Below, one piece after another: positions 1 to 8,993 of a DNA stretch of 32,025 nucleotides (positions within the stretch are counted from its first letter, which is position 1; the number at the start of each line of letters is the position of its first letter). The stretch spans positions 1 to 32,025 of the forward strand of contig JAFDAP010000001.1 in assembly GCA_019313765.1 (NCBI GenBank). The letters are read 5' to 3'. The translations under genes and the position numbers were made by a program. The notes below the pieces were generated by a model. That model worked only from the letters and a program-made list of their open reading frames with translations. It did no database searches and had not been told where the DNA came from. The stretch comes from Deltaproteobacteria bacterium. Its GTDB lineage: Bacteria > Desulfobacterota > DSM-4660 > Desulfatiglandales > Desulfatiglandaceae.

Positions 1-795
1 GATCTTTCCTCGGCTGCTATGGAGAGCTGAGCTTGAGGAGGCGGAGGCCGTTCAGCCTTAAAGGTCAGTTTAAGGTGTTTGATGATCTTGTCTATGATAT
101 TGTAATCTTCAATAAAGGAGACAATTCGCATGGTTCCCCCGCATTTTGGACATATTAGAGGATCGATCTCGTAGACTTTCTTTATCATCTCAGCCCATCC
201 CCGGGATGGTGCAAATGAAACTGCATCTTCAATAACAGGTGGGCAGGAAGGATCAACTCCCGCTTTCTTCTTTTTTCCCCGATGTGCGTTAGCATAGATG
301 CCGTAATAACGGACCATGACTTGACCTTTGTCAGGGATATGAGAGGTAACCCGGGCAATAAACTCCAGGTAATCCATAGACTCTGTCTCTCCACTGTGCT
401 TCCCGTATTGATAGAGGACCTGGCCACGTGCCTCATCCAGGGATAATCTTCTGAGGGAGAGTATAGGCCGGATCATATACTTACTCTATCCGCTCTGCCT
501 CTTCTTTACTCTCAGCCCTGACTTTACTGTGTACATTAAATCCACTATGCCTCCAGCTCAATATCTTTTTGACAAGATCCCGATTGATCAATTGTTTGCG
601 CAGGAGAAGTGAAAAGACCTCGCGTGTGAAAACCCGGCAGAGAAGAGAATCATTAATGCTTGAAACCTTATGGAACCGGTCTTGTTTATCTGTCCCCCCC
701 TCTGTAACTAGAAAATGAAGATGTGGATGAAAATTTATCCTCTTTCCAAACGACTGTATTACCGCAATAATTCCGGGTGTGATATCTCTGCGATT
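1..795 (-). mobile_element. IS91-family (HUH/Y2 rolling-circle) transposase gene remnant: 5'-truncated, internally frameshifted, 3' end runs off the window
   Basis: My own minus-strand translation; it is absent from the ORF track because it is open at the window edge. Frame A (834->481) reads '...RDITPGIIAVIQSFGKRINFHPHLHFLVTEGGTDKQDRFHKV...KILSWRHSGFNVHSKVRAESKEEAERIE*', with the HUH-type HPHLH motif at 715-729. Frame B (476->1) reads 'MIRPILSLRRLSLDEARGQVLYQYGKH..MDYLEFIARVTSHIPDKGQVMVRYYGIYANAHRGKKKK..SRGWAEMIKKVYEIDPLICPKCGGTMRIVSFIED..', which is the Y2-transposase C-terminal half with its terminal Cys pair. The halves are in different frames (shift at ~481-488), and no N-terminal region is recognisable above ~795. 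Confidence 0.7.
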
Positions 796-1226
796 GCACT
801 CAAAAACACTATCCTCTCCAACTCCCTGAAGATTTTACCCACGCCATTGTCATGGCTGTTGAGATGGACGACAAGGCGATAAGTTATTCACCGAATTCTA
901 TTGCCAGTGCGGCCACAGGTTTTGGTATTCGAAAATGGCCTTTGTGGCCAATTCCATAGCCATTTTTATCCGGAGTATGGGTTATGATGCGGCTCCCTCC
1001 GACAATCCAGGGAGTATCCATATCCAATCATTCGGGCATATTAAAATGGTATATAAATCCTGAAAAGTGTTTTCATTTCTGGGTAGATAACAGAAATGAC
1101 TGCACGACCTGCCTTAATACTTGCCCTTTTAATAAACCCCTGGTAGTACTCTACGACGGTGTGCGTTTTGTGATCAGAACCATGCCGGCCTTAAACCGTC
1201 TCCATCCATTCACATCGCGTCGATGA
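783..1226 (+). pseudogene. Reductive-dehalogenase / QueG-type Fe-S protein remnant (fragmented, multiple frames, internal deletion)
   Basis: Three plus-strand pieces in different frames read like consecutive parts of an RdhA-like protein. They are 'LPEDFTHAIVMAVEMDDKAISYSPNSIASAATGFGI' (~822-926), 'MAFVANSIAIFIRSMGYDAAPSDNPG' (935-1012), and ORF 984-1226 'GILKWYINPEKCFHFWVDNRNDCTTCLNTCPFNKP..' (CxxCxxxCP cluster motif). The N-terminus and the first Fe-S motif are absent. The family call comes from motif memory only. Confidence 0.4.
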
Positions 1227-3438
1227 TGGCGCAAAAGGTTGCACTGGGCCGCATCACCTTCGCGGCTAGCTTAATATCAGGAATATAGTATCCACCGATG
1301 TCCACAGAGTCTCCCTGCGCAGCCAGTAATTCTTCGGTGATCTTGGTCTCGTTTTCTTCCAGAGATTTGGCCACTGGGGCAAACCGTTCCTGCATCAACT
1401 TATCTTTATCTTGGGCTGCCAGTGCCTGGGCCCAGTACAAAGCCAGATAAAATGTGCTTCCCCTATTATCGATCTCGTTGACCTTCCGGGAAGGAAGCCG
1501 CCCGTTTTCCAAGTACTTAGCGATGGCGAAATCGAGAGTTTCTGCCAAGACAACCGCTTTATCATTTTTTGTATTCTCGACGATTAACTCCAGAGAAGGA
1601 ACAAGAGCACAATATTCTCCCAGAGAATCCCATCTTGTGTGACCCTCTTTTAAAAGTTGTTGGACATGTTTTGGAGCAGAACCTCCCGCCCCTGTCTCAA
1701 ACAGTCCTCCACCTTCAAGAAGCGGGACAATAGACAGCATTCTCGCACTGGTTCCCAGCTCAAGAATCGGAAAAAGGTCAGTAAGATAATCTCTGAGCAC
1801 ATTGCCCGTCACAGAAATCGTATCCTCACCCCTGCGAATTCTTTCCAGGGTAAATTTCATGGCCTCCTGCGGCTTCATGATCTGAATATTTAGGCCAGAT
1901 GTATCATGCTCAGGCAGGTACTGATTCACCTTCTTGATGATCTCCGCATCGTGTCCCCTGTTTCCATCCAGCCAGAAAATCGCCGGGGAACCGGAAGCTT
2001 TCGCTCGTTTCACCGCGAGTTTGATCCAATCCCGGATCGGTAGATCTTTAGCTTGGCACATTCTGAATATATCGCCCATTTCCACGGTCTGCGCTAAAAG
2101 AATTGTGCCCGCCTCATCTACAACTCGGATCGTTCCTTCGCCGGATGCTTCAAACGTCTTGTCATGAGATCCGTATTCTTCAGCCTTCTGCGCCATCAGA
2201 CCTACATTGGAAACACTGCCCATGGTAGAGGGATCGAACTGCCCAAGTCTTTTTGTATTCTCCAAAATCTCTTTGTACATCGTGGCATAACTTCGATCGG
2301 GTATCATAGCGATACAGTCCTCTAGCTCGTCATTTTTGTTCCACATCTTGCCCCCGTCACGCACGACATTAGGCATGGAGGCATCAACGATGATGTTGTT
2401 GGGAACATGCAGGTTTGTTATGCCATGTCTCGAATCTACCATAGCCAGGTCCGGCTGGTTTTCATAGACGGCTTCAATATCGGCCTCAATCTCAGCTTTT
2501 TTATCTGCCTGAAGCCTGTTCAGTTTTTCCAGAACATCGGCCAGGCCATTGTTCACATTGGCGCCGATCTCCTGGAGTGTATCCTGATGCTTTTCCAGCG
2601 CTTCTTTATAATAAACCGAAACACAATGGCCAAACATGATGGGATCGGAGATTTTCATCATAGTCGCTTTGAGGTGTAGAGAGAGGAGCACGCCGTTCTT
2701 TTTGGCCTCCTGTATCTGCTCGGCATAGAATTGTCGCAAGGCAGCCACATTCATCACTGCAGTATCGATGACTTCACCTTCGATAAGATGTAGATTTTCC
2801 TTCAGAGTTGTTGTTTTGCCGTCGCGATCCAAAAATTCAATCTTTACATCCGATGCTTTGTCCATCGTAGTGGACTTTTCACTTGAATAAAAATCTTTTT
2901 CCGCCATATGGGTAACTTGAGCTTTGGATCCGGACTCAGGCCAATCTCTCATCATTTTATGAGGATTCTTTTGAGCAAATTTCTTGACGGATGCGGCCGG
3001 CCGACGGTCGGAATTGCCTTCACGCAACACCGGATTGACCGCTGAACCCAGAACCACAGAAAACCTTGCTTGGAGGGCTTTTTCCGCCTCATTTTTTGGC
3101 TCTTCGGGATATTCGGGGATATCATACCCTTTCTCACGCAGCTCTTTGATGGCGGCCTGGAGCTGAGGAAGCGATGCGCTGATATTGGGAAGTTTAATGA
3201 TATTGGCCTCATCTGTTAGGGCCATCTCACCAAGAATAGTCAGCCAATCAGGGATTTTTTGGTCCTCGGTAAGATTGTCAGGAAAATTGGCGATTATTCT
3301 GCCTGCCAGAGAAATATCTGCCAGATCAACATCGATACCTGATCCCTTTATGTAGGTTTTCAGGATTGGAAGAAACGCAAGTGTGGCCAATGCTGGCGCT
3401 TCGTCCGTGTAAGTCCAGGTAATTTTTGCATTTTTCAT
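1210..3438 (-). CDS. icd: Monomeric NADP-dependent isocitrate dehydrogenase (~740-aa type)
   Basis: The 742-aa ORF is colinear with monomeric IDHs. It has the N-terminus '[21 protein letters not shown]', then '[15 protein letters not shown]' and '[16 protein letters not shown]', and its length is typical of the monomeric class. Confidence 0.95.
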   Translation of the reverse strand: MKNAKITWTYTDEAPALATLAFLPILKTYIKGSGIDVDLADISLAGRIIANFPDNLTEDQKIPDWLTILGEMALTDEANIIKLPNISASLPQLQAAIKELREKGYDIPEYPEEPKNEAEKALQARFSVVLGSAVNPVLREGNSDRRPAASVKKFAQKNPHKMMRDWPESGSKAQVTHMAEKDFYSSEKSTTMDKASDVKIEFLDRDGKTTTLKENLHLIEGEVIDTAVMNVAALRQFYAEQIQEAKKNGVLLSLHLKATMMKISDPIMFGHCVSVYYKEALEKHQDTLQEIGANVNNGLADVLEKLNRLQADKKAEIEADIEAVYENQPDLAMVDSRHGITNLHVPNNIIVDASMPNVVRDGGKMWNKNDELEDCIAMIPDRSYATMYKEILENTKRLGQFDPSTMGSVSNVGLMAQKAEEYGSHDKTFEASGEGTIRVVDEAGTILLAQTVEMGDIFRMCQAKDLPIRDWIKLAVKRAKASGSPAIFWLDGNRGHDAEIIKKVNQYLPEHDTSGLNIQIMKPQEAMKFTLERIRRGEDTISVTGNVLRDYLTDLFPILELGTSARMLSIVPLLEGGGLFETGAGGSAPKHVQQLLKEGHTRWDSLGEYCALVPSLELIVENTKNDKAVVLAETLDFAIAKYLENGRLPSRKVNEIDNRGSTFYLALYWAQALAAQDKDKLMQERFAPVAKSLEENETKITEELLAAQGDSVDIGGYYIPDIKLAAKVMRPSATFCAIIDAM

Positions 3439-3868
3439 GTTATGTCCTTATGATTGTCAAAAGTATTAATAGGTGAATAATCTCGAGTCAGTATCCTAAC
3501 AATTTTGAGTAAGATAAGATATATATAAATCACAAAAGAGTCAAAATTTTTTATGTACAGATGACGCGCCCGGTAGGATTCGAGCCCCGGTTTTATGGCT
3601 GAGAACCTGTTATCTGAGTCACTTTGAAATGAGATGAAAGAAGACAAATTACCAGAGATATCCCCCCCAGGAATATCATACTACGACACGAAGTCCTCTT
3701 GAATTTTGATAGAGTTGCTGTGTGCATTTTTGTCTTTCCTTTCAGGAAACCCAGGACTCCACCAGGAAAATAGAACTGACTTGAATTTTTATATTGTGTC
3801 GGTTCAGCGAGATTTGGACAAAAGTTGATTTTTCTAAGCTACGGTTTCAAATTAGGAAACCAAGCTAG

Positions 3869-4015
3869 GAGAAAAGAATAACAACAACGAAGAAGAGCCG
3901 AAAACCCACCTCTGATTCTATTATCCGGGAGATAAAGCGCCGGACCCGCCGTAAGTTTAGCGCGGAGAAGAAGATCCGCATTGTGCTGGCCGGTCTTCGG
4001 GGAGAGGCTATGTAA
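3869..4015 (+). mobile_element. IS3-family OrfA (HTH transposase subunit) N-terminal fragment, no start codon, truncated
   Basis: My own translation gives 'EKRITTTKKSRKPTSDSIIREIKRRTRRKFSAEKKIRIVLAGLRGEAM*'. The 'RRKFSAEEKIRIVLEGLRGE'-type motif is typical of IS3-family OrfA N-termini. A TAG lies immediately upstream (3866-3868), and homology ends at the junction with the sulfatase (~4003). Confidence 0.6.
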
Positions 4016-5034
4016 GTGCAGCGATCGGGAAGTGGCATATAGGACATAAACCTGAGCAGCATGGTTTTGATTATGGCATCGACAGGGATAAGCTGAACAT
4101 AGAAGGGCATTTTTCTGAGAACGGAGAATATCTTACGGACTTATTGACCGATGAAGCGATAAATTTTATTAATAAAAATAATCCCAATACAACAAAAAAA
4201 CCCTTCTTTTTGTACCTGTCTCATCATGCTGTACATACTCCAATTAGTGCAAAGAAAAACATGATAGAAGCCTTCGAGAAGAAGCCCGGCAATGATTGTC
4301 ATAACAATGCGACGTATGCTGCAATGATTAAAAGTGTTGATGAGAGTGTTGCTCGCATTAACAAAGTGCTGGAAGAGCTGGAGCTAAACAATAACACCCT
4401 CCTTGTATTTTTTTCCGACAATGGAGGACATGGAACATACACTTGTCAGAAACCTCTAAGGGGAGGAAAAGGAATGTATTATGAAGGAGGGATCAGGGTG
4501 CCAATGTTTGTGTACTGGCCGGGAAAGGTTATACCGGAACGCACGTGTAAAGAACCTGTCATCGGCACAGATTTCTATCCAACCTTTCTTCAATTAGCAG
4601 GGATAAGCGCTCCGCAAAACTATGAGCTGGATGGAACAAGTATCCTGCCATTATTAAAAGGAGAAAAAAAGCTGAACTGAGAATCCTTGTTCTGGCATTT
4701 TCCCTGTTATCTTCAGGCATACGAAGGAATGACCAATGAATCAAGAGATCCACTTTTCAGAACACGGCCGGTAAGTGTAATCCTGAAAAGAGACTGGAAG
4801 TTATTAATGTTTCACGAAGAATGGGTATTGGATGATAGAAGTAAAAATTTGGATGGAAACAATTCCATCGAATTATACAATCTCAAAGATGATATGGCAG
4901 AACAAAACAACTTAGCACAAATCAACACCAGGAAAAGAGATGAGTTACTTAAAGAACTTCTTGATTGGCAAAAAAACATCGAAGCTCCGCTTCCGACAAA
5001 TCCAAACCCTGAATATTTCGATAAGAACAACTAA
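4003..5034 (+). pseudogene. Sulfatase (arylsulfatase family) pseudogene: N-terminal ~100 aa including the active-site region missing, plus an in-frame TGA at 4678-4680
   Basis: Reading upstream of track ORF 4144 in the same frame gives '..GYVSAAIGKWHIGHKPEQHGFDYGI..' (the sulfatase GKWHxG motif). The frame then continues through 'PFFLYLSHHAVHTP', 'FFSDNGG' and 'GGKGMYYEGGIRVP'. ORFs 4144-4680 and 4687-5034 are in the same frame and are separated only by a TGA ('KKLN*ESLFWHFP'). The C-terminus 'ELYNLKDDMAEQNNLA' is sulfatase-typical. No CxPxR/SxPxR region is present. Confidence 0.8.
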
Positions 5035-5326
5035 AAATAAGCTAAATATGGCAGGTCTTTATTCCATGTTGACATCATGCAATAATAAATCAGAAACACC
5101 TTTAAATATGTGATAATGACACTTTGACAAACTGACTTCTAAAGGGTTGGAGGGAATTCAGAAGAATCCAGCCTAGACTTTGCCTGGAGCAAAATTGAGT
5201 GACAAATTTTGACTATCAAGGAAGCCTTGCCTCCAAACAAGTTTTGCGGTTTAATATCTCTATAAATCTACACGGCGCCGGATAAAACCTCTCAGTATCT
5301 GCCGGCACCGGGCAAGGAGACACAGC

Positions 5327-6709
5327 ATGTTTGAAGCATCCACTTATACCAGCAGAAGAAAACGCCTATACAACCAGATCGATTCGGGTCTGCTTCTTTT
5401 TCTGGGAAATGATGAAAGCCCCATGAATTATGCGGACAATCCTTTCCACTACCGCCAGGATAGCACCTTTCTATATTTCTTCGGATTGAGCTATGCGGGA
5501 CTGGCCGCGGTGGTAGACATCGATGAGGGCCGGGACATCGTATTCGGCGATGACTTGACGGTGGAGGACATCGTCTGGATGGGCACACAGCCGACTCTGG
5601 CAGAGCGCTGCCGGAAAGTGGGGGTTACGGATGTCAGGCCTTTGAAGGCCCTAACGAATTACCTTGATGACACCCGGAAAAAGAAAAGAAAAATCCATTT
5701 TCTCCCTCCCTACAGGGCGGAACATAAAATATCGCTTCTGCAGCTCCTGGCCATCCCCCCCGAGGATTCCGCACAGAAGGCCTCTAGGGAGTTCATTCAG
5801 GCTGTAGTGGAGCAGCGCAACACCAAGACCGAGGAAGAGATCGTGCAAATCGACAAAGCCGTAACCACTACTGCCGACATGCATCTTACCGCCATGAAGA
5901 TGGTGAGGCCGGGGCTGTTGGAATCCCAGATTGCAGCGGCCGTCCATGAAGTGGCCCTGGCGGCAGGCGGCAACCTGGCTTTTCCCATTATCGCCACCGT
6001 CCACGGCGAAACCCTGCACAACCACTATCATGGAAACAGGCTACAGAACGGGCAGATGTTCCTGCTGGACGCAGGGGCCGAAACCGCGTTGGGCTACGGC
6101 GGCGATCTGTCCAGCACCATGCCTGTAGATGACCATTTCACAGAGCGGCAGAGAGAGATTTATGACGTGTCCTTGAAGTCCCATGACGCTGCCATGGCCA
6201 TGCTGGCTCCGGGCACGCCTTTCAGAGATGTCCATCTCACCGCCTGCCGGGCCATAGCCGCAGGGCTCAAAGAACTGGGCTTTATGAAAGGAGATGTTGA
6301 TGAGGCAGTGGCTGCGGGAGCCCACGCCCTCTTTTTTCCCTGTGGCACTGGACACATGATGGGCCTGGATATACACGACATGGAAAATCTCGGGGAAAAA
6401 CATGTGGGTTATGGCGGCCAGGAAAAAAGCACGCAGTTCGGTCTCAAATCCCTTCGCCTGGCCCGCCCCCTGGAACCAGGATTTGTGCTGACCGTGGAGC
6501 CGGGCATTTACTTCATCCCCGAGCTCATTGACATGTGGAAAGGAGAAGGCCGGCACGCTGAGTTCATCAATTACGACAAGGTGGAATCCTACAAGGATTT
6601 CGGCGGGCTGCGCAACGAGGAGTGCTATGTCATAACAGAGGATGGCTCCCGCCTCCTCGGGAAACCCATTCCCAAAAGATGGCAGGACGTGGAGGCGATG
6701 AAATCCTAG
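5327..6709 (+). CDS. M24B metallopeptidase, Xaa-Pro aminopeptidase-like
   Basis: The 460-aa ORF has an AMP_N-like N-terminus 'FHYRQDSTFLYFFG'. Pita-bread metal ligands are present in 'LLDAGAE..YGGDLSSTMPV', 'GTGHMMGLDIHD', 'LTVEPGIYF' and 'RNEECYVIT'. The SD AAGGAGA lies upstream of the ATG. Confidence 0.85.
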   Translation: MFEASTYTSRRKRLYNQIDSGLLLFLGNDESPMNYADNPFHYRQDSTFLYFFGLSYAGLAAVVDIDEGRDIVFGDDLTVEDIVWMGTQPTLAERCRKVGVTDVRPLKALTNYLDDTRKKKRKIHFLPPYRAEHKISLLQLLAIPPEDSAQKASREFIQAVVEQRNTKTEEEIVQIDKAVTTTADMHLTAMKMVRPGLLESQIAAAVHEVALAAGGNLAFPIIATVHGETLHNHYHGNRLQNGQMFLLDAGAETALGYGGDLSSTMPVDDHFTERQREIYDVSLKSHDAAMAMLAPGTPFRDVHLTACRAIAAGLKELGFMKGDVDEAVAAGAHALFFPCGTGHMMGLDIHDMENLGEKHVGYGGQEKSTQFGLKSLRLARPLEPGFVLTVEPGIYFIPELIDMWKGEGRHAEFINYDKVESYKDFGGLRNEECYVITEDGSRLLGKPIPKRWQDVEAMKS

Positions 6710-6993
6710 GGGGATTCCGGATTCGTTCTCTATTGCGAAGGTTAGGTGGTCGCAGTTGTTTGTGGGCGCAACATTCCTCTGGAACTGTTCAAACATATCA
6801 TTACGTAAACACAAATCAACAAGCTGCCTTCGCCAGTAAAAAGATTAGAAATTGGGCTTAGTGATGCTCAAAAAGAATAGAGATCATCCTGAGGGAAATG
6901 TTATACTAGAGACTTGTGAATAATTGAGGGTAATTGTAAAACTGGCTTTTAAAGATAGCAAAGCGTTTTCGCGGATCAGGAGAGGAGCAGTCC

Positions 6994-7977
6994 ATGACCG
7001 ATATTGACTTGACGATGCGCGACATCTATTCGGCCCGGGCGAGGATCGCGCCTATTGCGCGCAAGACCCCGCTTGTCTCATCCCCGGCGCTGGCGGAACT
7101 GACAGGCAGTGAGATCACTCTCAAACTCGAGAGTCTGCAGGAGACCGGCTCTTTCAAACTGCGGGGAGCTGCCAACAAACTCTTATCCTTGGACCCCGGG
7201 GCGCAACAGCGGGGAGTCATCACTGTCTCCAGCGGCAACCACGGCCGTGCGCTGGCCTATGTCGCCCACAGTCTCGGGCTGCGGGCCGTTGTTTGCCTCT
7301 CCGATACGGTGCCCGCCAACAAGCGAGACGCGATCCAGAAACTCGGGGCCGAGGTGGTCGTCCGGGGCAGCACTTACGATGAGGCGATGGAAGAGGCCTA
7401 CCGTCTTGGTGAAAAAGACGGGTTGGAGATGATTCATCCCTTTGACGATCCGCTCATCATCGCCGGACAGGGAACCATCGGTCTGGAACTGCTGGACGAG
7501 TTTCCCGATTTGGACACCGTCGTCGTCCCATTGTCCGGTGGCGGCCTGCTGGGTGGGATCGCATTTACTCTCAAGTCAGCCGACCCCAAAATCCACGTCG
7601 TCGGCGTCACCATGGAGCGTGGCCCCGCCATGGTCGAAAGTCTGCGCGCCGGCCGGGTTGTCGACATTGTGGAGGAACCGACTCTTGCTGACGCCCTCGC
7701 CGGCGGGATCAAGCCCAATCAATACACTTTTGAACTGATCCGGAAAACCGTCGACGAGACAGTTCTGGTCTCCGAACAAGAGATCGCGGCCGCCATGGCT
7801 TTTGCTCTGGAACGCCATCATCTGGTGGTTGAGGGCGGCGGAGCAGTGGGTATCGCCGCCTTGAGAGCTGGAAAGCTCCAGCACCTGGGAGAGCGTGTCG
7901 CTGTGGTCATCAGCGGGGCAAACGTCGATATACCCCTTTTACTGCGTATCGCAAAGGATAATCTGGACGGTCGCTGA
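6994..7977 (+). CDS. PLP-dependent threonine/serine dehydratase-family enzyme (short, no regulatory ACT domain)
   Basis: The 327-aa ORF carries the PLP-lysine motif 'SFKLRGAANKL', 'SSGNHGRALA', and the glycine loop 'PLSGGGLLGG'. The SD GGAGAGGAG lies upstream. Confidence 0.8.
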   Translation: MTDIDLTMRDIYSARARIAPIARKTPLVSSPALAELTGSEITLKLESLQETGSFKLRGAANKLLSLDPGAQQRGVITVSSGNHGRALAYVAHSLGLRAVVCLSDTVPANKRDAIQKLGAEVVVRGSTYDEAMEEAYRLGEKDGLEMIHPFDDPLIIAGQGTIGLELLDEFPDLDTVVVPLSGGGLLGGIAFTLKSADPKIHVVGVTMERGPAMVESLRAGRVVDIVEEPTLADALAGGIKPNQYTFELIRKTVDETVLVSEQEIAAAMAFALERHHLVVEGGGAVGIAALRAGKLQHLGERVAVVISGANVDIPLLLRIAKDNLDGR

Positions 7978-7997
7978 GGAAGCAAAGGAAACATGAA

Positions 7998-8957
7998 TTG
8001 AGTAAAATTTATAATCTCGCTCAAATCAAGGGCATATTGAATTCACTTCAACCCATCCAAGAGATCGAAAAAGGCTTCATGGCCTATTCCGCAGGCAAAG
8101 CAGTGATTCCCCCTGTAGGAGAGATGCTTTTCGAGGATCCTCCCGGCGACATCCACATAAAGTACGGCTATCTAGTGGATGATGATTATTACGTCATCAA
8201 AATCGCTTCCGGATTTTTCGAGAGTCCAGCTACGAGCAGGTATACCAGCGACGGGCTTATTCTACTCTTTAAAAAAGGAACAGGCGAGCTGGTTTGCGCT
8301 CTTCTGGACGAGTGCCATCTCACCAATGTTCGCACTGCGGCCGCCGGCGCCGTGAGCGCCAAATATCTGGCTCCGAAAAATATCGGATGTATAGGTGTCT
8401 TAGGCGCGGGCACACAGGGCCGGATGCAGGTAGAATATTTAGCGCCAGTCATCGACTGCAAGGAGGTCATGGTGTGGGGTATGAATCAGAACGAACTGGA
8501 TGACTACAAAAAGGACATGGAACCTTTGGGATACCGCATCCAGACGACTTTGAACACCGAAGATATTACCGACCGCTGCAATCTTATCGTCACCGCGACT
8601 CCTTCAAAATCCCCCTTATTGTCCGCCGATCAAATCCGCAAGGGAACGCATATTACGGCGATGGGATCCGACACCCCGGAGAAAAATGAGTTGGACCCTA
8701 GGATTCTCCAAAAAGCCGATATCGTTGTCGCCGACAGTATCAGTCAGTGCCTTTCGCGGGGCGAAATCCATCAAGCCCTCAGAGTCGGGTTGTTGGAAAA
8801 AGAGCGAATCGTGGAACTGGGAAACGTGATCGCCAGACCTGAACTTCGCAGAATCTCCGAGGAACAGATCACCATCGCAGACCTGACAGGAGTGGCGGTT
8901 CAAGACATTCAGATCGCTAAGGCTGTCTTTCATGCCCTGAAACTCAAAGAAGTATAG
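7998..8957 (+). CDS. Ornithine cyclodeaminase / mu-crystallin family NAD(P) enzyme
   Basis: The 319-aa ORF has the family-typical N-terminus ('..IQEIEKGFMAYSAGKAVIPP') and the Rossmann motif 'GVLGAGTQGR'. It starts at a TTG with AAGGAAA 7 nt upstream, 20 nt after the previous gene. Confidence 0.85.
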   Translation: MSKIYNLAQIKGILNSLQPIQEIEKGFMAYSAGKAVIPPVGEMLFEDPPGDIHIKYGYLVDDDYYVIKIASGFFESPATSRYTSDGLILLFKKGTGELVCALLDECHLTNVRTAAAGAVSAKYLAPKNIGCIGVLGAGTQGRMQVEYLAPVIDCKEVMVWGMNQNELDDYKKDMEPLGYRIQTTLNTEDITDRCNLIVTATPSKSPLLSADQIRKGTHITAMGSDTPEKNELDPRILQKADIVVADSISQCLSRGEIHQALRVGLLEKERIVELGNVIARPELRRISEEQITIADLTGVAVQDIQIAKAVFHALKLKEV

Positions 8958-8993
8958 TCAAGAATACGATAGAATGAAAAACAAATCCCTCTC

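Noticed and set aside
481-488. The frame change in the IS91-like transposase as a programmed ribosomal frameshift.
   Set aside because: IS91-family transposases are made from a single ORF, unlike IS3/IS1. There is no slippery heptamer at the site, and the gene also lacks its N-terminus, so decay is the simpler reading.
984-1226. The 80-aa ORF as a stand-alone small ferredoxin.
   Set aside because: It has only one CxxCxxxCP half-motif. Its sequence continues the RdhA-like homology found upstream in other frames, and it overlaps the icd 3' end, so I treat it as a pseudogene piece.
3560-3610. A tRNA-like string ('ggtaggattcgagccccgg') upstream of icd.
   Set aside because: It superficially resembles a T-arm (TTCGA), but I could not fold a T-stem, acceptor stem or anticodon arm on either strand.
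4678-4680. The in-frame TGA in the sulfatase as a possible selenocysteine codon.
   Set aside because: The position corresponds to a non-catalytic residue (probably Arg) just before the conserved 'LFWHFP' segment. I saw no SECIS-like hairpin immediately downstream, and the gene is independently truncated at its 5' end, so a nonsense mutation in a pseudogene is far more likely.
6041-6814. A minus-strand 257-aa ORF antisense to the M24 peptidase gene.
   Set aside because: It is a shadow ORF inside a CDS with intact catalytic motifs, and it has no recognisable features.
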